Shown in pieces: positions 56,875 to 64,000 of a stretch of DNA of 64,000 nucleotides; position 1 is the first letter of the stretch; the number at the start of each line of letters is the position of its first letter. A model generated the notes under the pieces. It was not told where the DNA came from. It ran no database searches and saw only the letters and a list, made by a program, of their open reading frames with translations. The stretch lies in contig RSEE01000054.1 of NCBI GenBank assembly GCA_003971905.1, positions 1 through 64,000 on the forward strand. The letters are read 5' to 3'. Both the position numbers and the translations under genes were made by a program. Source of the stretch: Moniliella sp. 'wahieum' (taxonomy: Eukaryota).

Positions 56875-58887
56875 TCACTCGTCCTCGTCCTCATCCGCAT
56901 CCCCCTCGCCCGCATTGGAGGCAGAAGCGCCAGAAGCCGCATGGCGGCGCTGACGCTTTCCTTCGGGCACCGCGTCGTCCTGGCCCTCAGCCTCAGCCTG
57001 TAGCGCCGCCAATTCGTCGTCCATCTCTTCTGGGTCGGCGTCGGAACCAGCGTCAGAACCCGAGTCAGAGCCCGAGTCAGAGCCCGAATCAGGTGCCTGG
57101 CGCTTGGGCGAGGGTGATCGGGAGGACGCAGAACGGTGCAACGAAGCAGCACGGGGCGCGGGAGAGGAGCGCCCCTCCTCCTCTTCCGCATCGGCCATGG
57201 ACACATCCTCATTGCCGTCCATCTTTGTGTGCAGGGACGAGGGGCGCCTGGAAATGGGTGTCGAGGCGGAGGAAGATGCGGCTTCTTCTGGCTCCGAATC
57301 GGACAGCTCGGGTACCAGGGTAGGGTCCAACTGGTCCACCTCGCGACGCGAGCGCCATGCCTTACGGAGCTCGTATTGGGACAGAGCTCGGTCCGTCGCT
57401 TGCACCCCGGCCCACATGTCCGGGTAACGAGCCGAGTCGGTGCGTTTCAGGCGCTTTTGGCGCAGTGTGTACTGCATCGCCACAGGATGGTAGTAGGCCA
57501 CCGGGCGTTTCTTTCCACTTCCCACAAGGGGCGGGGCGTGACCCTTCTTTTCCAATTGCTCGGCCTGCCAGTCGGATTGGGCTTTGCTCGCCACCGGGGC
57601 ATCCCCTTCTTCTGTCAATACAATCACATACTGACTTGCTTGGGCTTGACCCGCATTCTCCCGGCTTGATAGTCGCGATGGAACTTGAACTGGGTCATTG
57701 CCGATTCCGGCGCTTGGCCATCCTCAATTTCGTCCAGCGCGACCAACTCGCCTTTGATTCGACGCTCCTTGAGTTTGGCGACCGCAATGTCATCGAGTTG
57801 TTCTTGGCTGAGCTGCTCAGACTCAGCTTCTGGCTGGGGCGAAGGAGACCTGGGTTTGCTTTCATTGTCCGATTCCGAGTCGCCAAAGAGGCCCTCGTCG
57901 TCACTGTCTCCCTCATTAGCAGGTTTGGACTTAGATTTGTGTGCTTGGTCCGGGGCTTGCCATTTCCATTCGCAGGAAGCGGGGCATCCTTCTCATCCCC
58001 CGTTACGAGATAGAGGCTGATCCGCTGATCACCGCCATGGTTGACGGGGCGCAGGATGGCCTCAGCGACGCGGGGATCAGCAACCGGTTGACCTGCACGT
58101 GTTCGTCCGGGCCAATCCTGGAACCGGACCAGCTGATAGTCGGTCGCCCACGTATCCACATCGGGCAAGAACTCGTAGGAAGCAACAGGCTGGAGATGGG
58201 GCTTGGTCGGGTGCCGCAAACTGGCCAAAGAACTGTCCTGGACAGCAGCAAATGTCTCGTTGATCCTGGCCACCTGCATCACGCGACGTGTCAACGTCCA
58301 TAATATCCTCTTGGTCCACACCGGCCTTGCGTCTGGCCGACTTTTCGGGGGTGGCACCGTGCTCGTTCCTTCGCAGCCACGCAGCATCCGTACCCGATTT
58401 GCGCGAGATCATGACGGATGCCATTTTCGATGTAACCGCCGACGAGGATGCAGGCAGTGCTGCAGACAAGGGAGTGAGCAAGAACCGATCCTCTTCGTCG
58501 ATCTCGAGGGTGTCGACATCAGGCAAGGTGCGCGGGGCAAAGGGGTTGATGTCGCCAGTCCAGACGCCCGGAAAACGGGTGAGGTCCATGGGGATGCCGC
58601 CCTCTGCATTGACGAGGACGGGGAGCTGGTTGGCGCGGGCCAGGCGGTCGGTGAAGGTGATGGCCAGATCGCCGCCGACGCGACTTTGGGTCTCGGGGCC
58701 ATCGGCGTAGCGTGCAGCAGAGACGCTGACGCGCTGGAGCTTGGGCGGGAAAGGCGGGAGAGGAAGTGGGTTGGGGTACCGCACGCGGTCGATGAGCTCG
58801 GTCCTAACGCAGCGCGTTAGCAATGAGCGGTGGTGGAGCGGTCAAAGAGGGGGGAAGAAACACGTACTGCTTGCGCTCGCTACTCAT
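56875..58887 (-). CDS. PAF1: RNA polymerase II-associated factor Paf1 (with introns, frameshifted)
   Basis: MSSERK / ELIDRVRYPNPLPLPPFPPKL, VNAEGGIPMDL, WLRRNEH, INETF...LRHPTKPHLQPVASYEFLPD, AYYHPV...LRQKR, acidic tail. Confidence 0.92.
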
Positions 58888-59089
58888 GGTGGCCTGGCAG
58901 AGACAGGAATGGACGAACGATGGGGCCAGCCGTGGCTACCGTGCTGGCGGGAGGCGGAATTCTTGGCTGATAATCCGCTCCGAGGCATGCCCTCCAGGGC
59001 GTCACGTGAGATTACGTACTGCCCTCCCCCCGGCTGCGCGTGGCGTCCACAACGTTTTAAGACACGGCGGCAACCATACACTGGCTCCC

Positions 59090-59552
59090 ATGCTGCCCTC
59101 GGCTGTGGCATGGCGGTCGGCCTGGAAAGGCACGTTGGGTTGTTCCCTGCGTGGGATGTGCTGTGCTCCTGACGGCTCCTTTTCATCCCGGCCCCTACTT
59201 TGTGGCCTTCCCCAACCTAGCGGATGCGCTGCTCAACAACCGCGCCATCCGCACCAACGCCCGCTCCTGTACCATTCTTCCCAACTTTGTGGGGTACGTC
59301 GCCGTGTCTTTGCATCGCGCTCGCTCACCTCCTGCTCTCGCACAGCCTCAAGTTCATGGTTCGCAACAGCCGCGTTCACTTGCCCGTGGTGGTCACGGAA
59401 GAAATGATTGGCCACAAGTTGGGTGAATTTGCCCCGACGCGGAAACGCTTCTCAGCTATCGCATCTCGCCTATTTCCTGACCCCGTCCCCCTTGTTGTTC
59501 TCTGATCGCTTTGCACTATTAACCCCTCCTCAGGAAAACCAACGCGAAGTAA
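59090..59552 (+). CDS. RSM19: Mitochondrial ribosomal protein uS19m, about 3 introns
   Basis: RSAWKG / PYFVAFP...[16 protein letters not shown] / LKFMVRN...[22 protein letters not shown]. Confidence 0.93.
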
Positions 59553-61420
59553 GCGGGTATTTGCATCCATATGTATCTCTCCATATCTACCCTCTTCCTG
59601 GGAGTGCAGCATCCCCTCGGTCGACGACAACGACGTTTCTCCCGTCCGTCATAGTTTTTTCTAATCGTCTTTTTGACCAAACGGCGTCACGCCCCTCGCG
59701 CACGAAAATGCCATACAGGGGCATATGGCTCAACGAGCCAAAGAGCCTGAGTTGAACTACCACAAACTCCTGCAATCTGGAGGGACGGTCATCGCGACGG
59801 TATCCTTTTGTCGGAAGTAGAACCAGGACAACAGTAACACGCGAAGCTAGCAGGACCTATTTCCTGTCATGAGCGCGTGATCACTGAGCTACATATATAA
59901 TCCTGGACAAACTGAGGAGAAACGACTGGACCAATGGGCAGGGGTTGCATAGTACTCTCGTTGTCGGGGCGAGGCGGTGGCGGCAGCGGGCCAAGCAATG
60001 GCCTACCACCAGAATGTGGCATCTGACGTGGCTCGTGAAGAGACCGATAACTGGTGTTGCTGCCGCCACCAATCGAGCTGTTTCTTCCATCTTTTCTCCT
60101 TTCATCAGCACCGCCCTCATGCTTCCACTCATTCCAGGTGCGCCCGGCATGGTCCTAGGACCTGGACTCAGTGCGCAGCCCATATGCCTCGATTGTGCTT
60201 CCTGGATCGATGTAACGACTCTTTTTATCAGATCACCTGCGACGGCCTGCCGCTGGACAAGACGGTTAACATTTCCGGGTATACAATGTCCGTTATAATG
60301 GGGGCTTCATCCCAGCGTTGGAGGCGCACACCGACAATGACATGCCCCTCGAATGGGCTGACATCTTCTTCCAGAGGCGACTTCGAAGAGCGCCTGGCGC
60401 GCGAGTACATCCCCAATAATAGACGTGTGGTCTTTATCTTGGATCGTCTTCTGGCCTCCCACAAGTTGCCTTCCACCAATTGTCATCGCTCAGCGTGACT
60501 GTGTTCCCATATGTCGTCGGCTCCAGCTTCTCAGCATGCGGCCCACGATGCATCAGCCATCGCGCAGCCCAGGATTGACCCACGTACACACTCAACAATC
60601 CCTCAGTCTGATACTCACTCTTCTGGCTTGCAGCTTGCCCGGCCGCCCTCACCTCGGTCCACCTCTGATGTACCAAGAGGTGGTCAAGCAAAATATGGTG
60701 GAAGTATGTAATGGTATATCTTCCTATGTATTCATTGAACTATAACTTTTCTTCCCAATTCTGCATATGGAAGTATTTTTGTCTCTGGCAAAAAGCTACT
60801 AAGCTTGACCGTTATCGCTATTATACCGAATTGCCCCCTGTGTCGGTGGCAGTGAGCCAGTTGCATGTTCAGAAAAGAGTCTTTGGTTGGCATGCATGAC
60901 CTTACATCGATCCACACCTCTCTGGGATGGAAACTGTGGCCTCAACTATCTGCCTCCTCCTAGGTCTGTTGATGGAACGGTTACGTGTCACTGTGGGCTG
61001 GCTCGCTTACACAAGCCATTTCCTCCGTTGCGCAGAGCATGCTTTCTTCGACCTGTGCGACCAAAATCGAGTCCCTTCCGTACGGTTGGGGAGGTCTGTG
61101 CGTGAGCTTGGAGTCCCTAGTACTGATCTTATTCTACTTCAAATATTTGTGGTCTTTGGTCTTGAGCGCAAGTGAGCTCTAAGGTGAGCTGCCGGATCTG
61201 GACGTCGACAGTCATCAGTCCTGATCCGCGGGCGTCTCGTCCTCGATGTGAGATTCTACCCTCTTCATGCCTTAATTTTGCCTTCTTATTGCTGGTGAGG
61301 GCGGAGACCTGCCCATTACTTTCCGCATTTTTTCTTGTTTTGCTGTTCCTGTTCTAAACTGAGTGTAGGAACCTTTTGCTCCTTTGAGAGTCATTCGTCT
61401 TTATTCCTTCCTCTTTCTAT

Positions 61421-61648
61421 GTTGCATCCATATCATTGACAGAGCTTAAGGCTGGGATGGGGGAAACGCTACGTCTAAACCGAACCGTTCATCTTGCGGG
61501 GGTTACTTGGAAGCGCCACCAAGGTTAAGAAACCAGGGGGATCGCCAGGATATCAGGACCCTCTGGTTCTCGCCATCCTATCCCGTACCCTAGGAAGCGC
61601 GTGTGGACACGGATGAATGTGGTTGACATCCGAGCGAGGAACCATTTC
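61421..61648 (-). mobile_element. Second fragment (about 225 bp) of the RLE retrotransposon: ORF end plus start of 3' UTR
   Basis: Reverse complement aligns colinearly to 32097-32323, roughly 85-90% identical by eye. Confidence 0.9.
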
Positions 61649-63223
61649 TGTAAGATGTTGATTCCGTCAATAAAAAATGCCCGTCGGTATGTAGCCTTTT
61701 TGTTCTACGTCATTTTCTAGCGGGCCATTTTGTATAGCAACATATCTCCTTGCATATCCATTCTGGAGACCCACTAGGCAACACCCGTGTTACTCCGTAG
61801 TAGTTCACCGGCAGTCCCACCGACCTGCTTTAGCAACCACATCTTGGCTTTTCCGAATTCTTTCGTCCAGGGTTTCCTTTGCCGTCGATCTCCCTCCAGC
61901 TTTCAGTCTCCTCTCTGTACGGATGCCGCGGCGCTATCCTACAAGAGTTGAGTTACTCTGTGACAGGACTTGTCCGACCCTGGTTTTGGCTACGTCAACC
62001 TTCCGCAACCTTTCAAGATTCTGCATCTACAGGCACGCTGGTCCGGCTCGTTCCATGAAGGTGCATATACACAACCTTGCCACGCTAGCCGATGCCCCAA
62101 TATTTGAAAGGCCTCACCTCGTCTCTTGCTCCGCTCGCATCCGCCAATAATAGCGTTCACGTTTTTTGGTAGACCGTGAGTGGACCCTCCTCCTTGATGG
62201 GAAAGAACCCCTGAACCGTGGGTTGGGCTCTAGTTCTGGGCCCGATGGATATCCATATTTTCAAGCCCTATCGTGTCCAACTTGCCGGCTAACGTGATGG
62301 AGATAACCACAGGCGCCAAAACTTGAACCATCTCGCACGTATTAGCCATCTTGATCTGTGTATTCATGTGTACTGCCCCCTGCCGTCCAGAAACGGAGCC
62401 TCTTTTCACCGTCTTTCTCCACCAACTTCAATATGCAGCCTGTTGTCGGCTTCTTTTGCCTGCGCTGAGACTCCGACAACCACATTCACCGCAAAAAAGA
62501 CAGAAGGAGTTTACCTCTCCTCCGTATTATCGAGCGCTTCTGTTCTGCTCTGTTGGCGTTGACCAAGTTGACGGTTGCGGGGGAACCCAGTCAGTGAAAA
62601 GCACCCGACTATTACATTCCCAGCATCCCACGCACTGCCCGTTTGGAGCCAGTGCCCTTTCTTTGGACACTCCTTTTTTTCTTGTGCTTTGCGAGGGTCG
62701 TGATTATGAGCGAACTTGACGTTCTGATATACAAGCAATAAAACACTTCGGAGGAGACCAAGCTTGCCCTCACCGTGGAGGGGCCCGCGTTTGCTCCCAC
62801 AGGGGCGCAACTTCTGAGTGTCAACATGCCACCCACGCCGTGCTTGAAGCTTCACTTGATGAGCTTGATGCATGATGAATGGTGGCGGATATATATGGGT
62901 CTAGAATCCAGCTGTGGTATAGGGGACAAGTAGGCATGCTCGCAGTGGGTGCAACATGCACATCAACCAATCACATATGGGTGGTGGCAACCGGCGCTGC
63001 ACCAGTGCTGGAGACGCACTTCAACGTTCAACAACTGTACGCGCCACCCAGAAGAACAGAGAGGTGCAGCGCATGCCCTGCGGTCGAGTCGGACCGATCG
63101 GACTGTGGCGTTTGGGCCGATGTGGCAGCTGTGGCAGGCGAATGTGATGCATGATGCATCAGTGTAACAGGTGTCAACACTAGGATCAACGCGCTCAGCC
63201 AGCACACTCAGCCAGCACTCATG

Positions 63224-63283
63224 TTAACTAGTCACTAGTCACTAGTCACTAGCCAGTCACTTGTCACATGTCACTAGTCACTT
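63224..63283. repeat. GTCAC-NN heptad array with variable spacers
   Basis: ttaactagtcactagtcactagtcactagccagtcacttgtcacatgtcactagtcactt. Confidence 0.9.
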
Positions 63284-64000
63284 AGGGGAAGCATGGCTGT
63301 GAGAGCTGCTACCCCGCCGTAGCCGCAGTCTCTCGCCAATGCTGCTGCGCATCGCCAGCTATTGTCTTCTGTTCCCACTGCTTCCAGAGTGGTACAGTGT
63401 CAATTGCATGTCAATATTCAATCGATTCTTTGACTCTTTTTGTGCATATATACCATTGCTTAAGGCGCTTATAAGGCCTAATTACTAACTGTTGCTTTTA
63501 TTATGGCCTGCGCCTGCTTATACAACTCGTGTACGACAGGGACCTAGAGCTAGTAATAGCTGTTGCTCGAGCGATAGGAAATGGTGTGTTGGTTTGGGGA
63601 GCTATTGATGGTGGCTTGGGCTTTTCTGTGCCTGGCTTTCTGAGGCCGGGGGGAAATCGGACAAAAAGGAAGGCAGATTGTGTCACGCGCGCCACTGGAC
63701 AAGAAGTGCTCTCGTTGGGCCACTTGTGTTGTGGCGTAGAAAGGTTTGATGGGCTCTGGACCAATGGTGGCCAGCTTAATGTTGTTTGAGCCGCGTATCG
63801 CAGGCCGTGGCACCGCCGTGGCCGGGGGGGCGCACGTCCTGGTTTTAGATATACTTTCTGAAGCGTTCCTACAGTTCATGCATTTTTGGTCCATTAGTAA
63901 CCATGCCGCCAAAAGCTCACATTGAACTGAGAGATCGATTGGAGAGTTGCCGCCAGGGAGGGCCAAGAAAGTTTTGCACGCGTGATCTAGCCCGAAACGA

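Noticed and set aside
63529..63789. Tc1/mariner transposase suggested by VLVWGAI
   Set aside because: No surrounding DDE motifs or terminal inverted repeats; the match is likely chance.

Overview
This is eukaryotic DNA: a GC-rich, intron-containing fungal segment. Gene style and GTRNGT...CTRAC...YAG introns point to a basidiomycete, probably Ustilaginomycotina (inference). About 16 host genes are recognisable: ATG26 sterol glucosyltransferase, PAM18, a Gti1/Pac2 (WOPR) transcription factor, a HAPSTR1/YJR056C-like protein, DBP4, a UBP12-like deubiquitinase, seipin, an Abr2-type multicopper oxidase, STT4, a membrane-anchored GH5 glucanase, NMT1, KRE6, an ACAD10/11-like acyl-CoA dehydrogenase, a Syp1-like F-BAR protein, PAF1 and RSM19. 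Almost all carry scattered single-base frameshifts, most likely uncorrected long-read errors, so coordinates are gene spans and not exact exons. There are two diverged fragments of a non-LTR retrotransposon of the restriction-like-endonuclease (CRE/Cnl1-like) type; the longer one has hairpin-rich flanks. The most striking unexplained signal is non-coding. Many intergenic regions carry short 7-bp-period arrays that share one rule but not one sequence: T-N-A plus a mostly palindromic tetramer, equivalently an odd-palindromic pentamer such as GTCAC, ATGAT, TTCAA or CTGAG plus a 2-nt spacer. At least a dozen sequence variants occur, some chained in register, and they are densest upstream of the WOPR gene.
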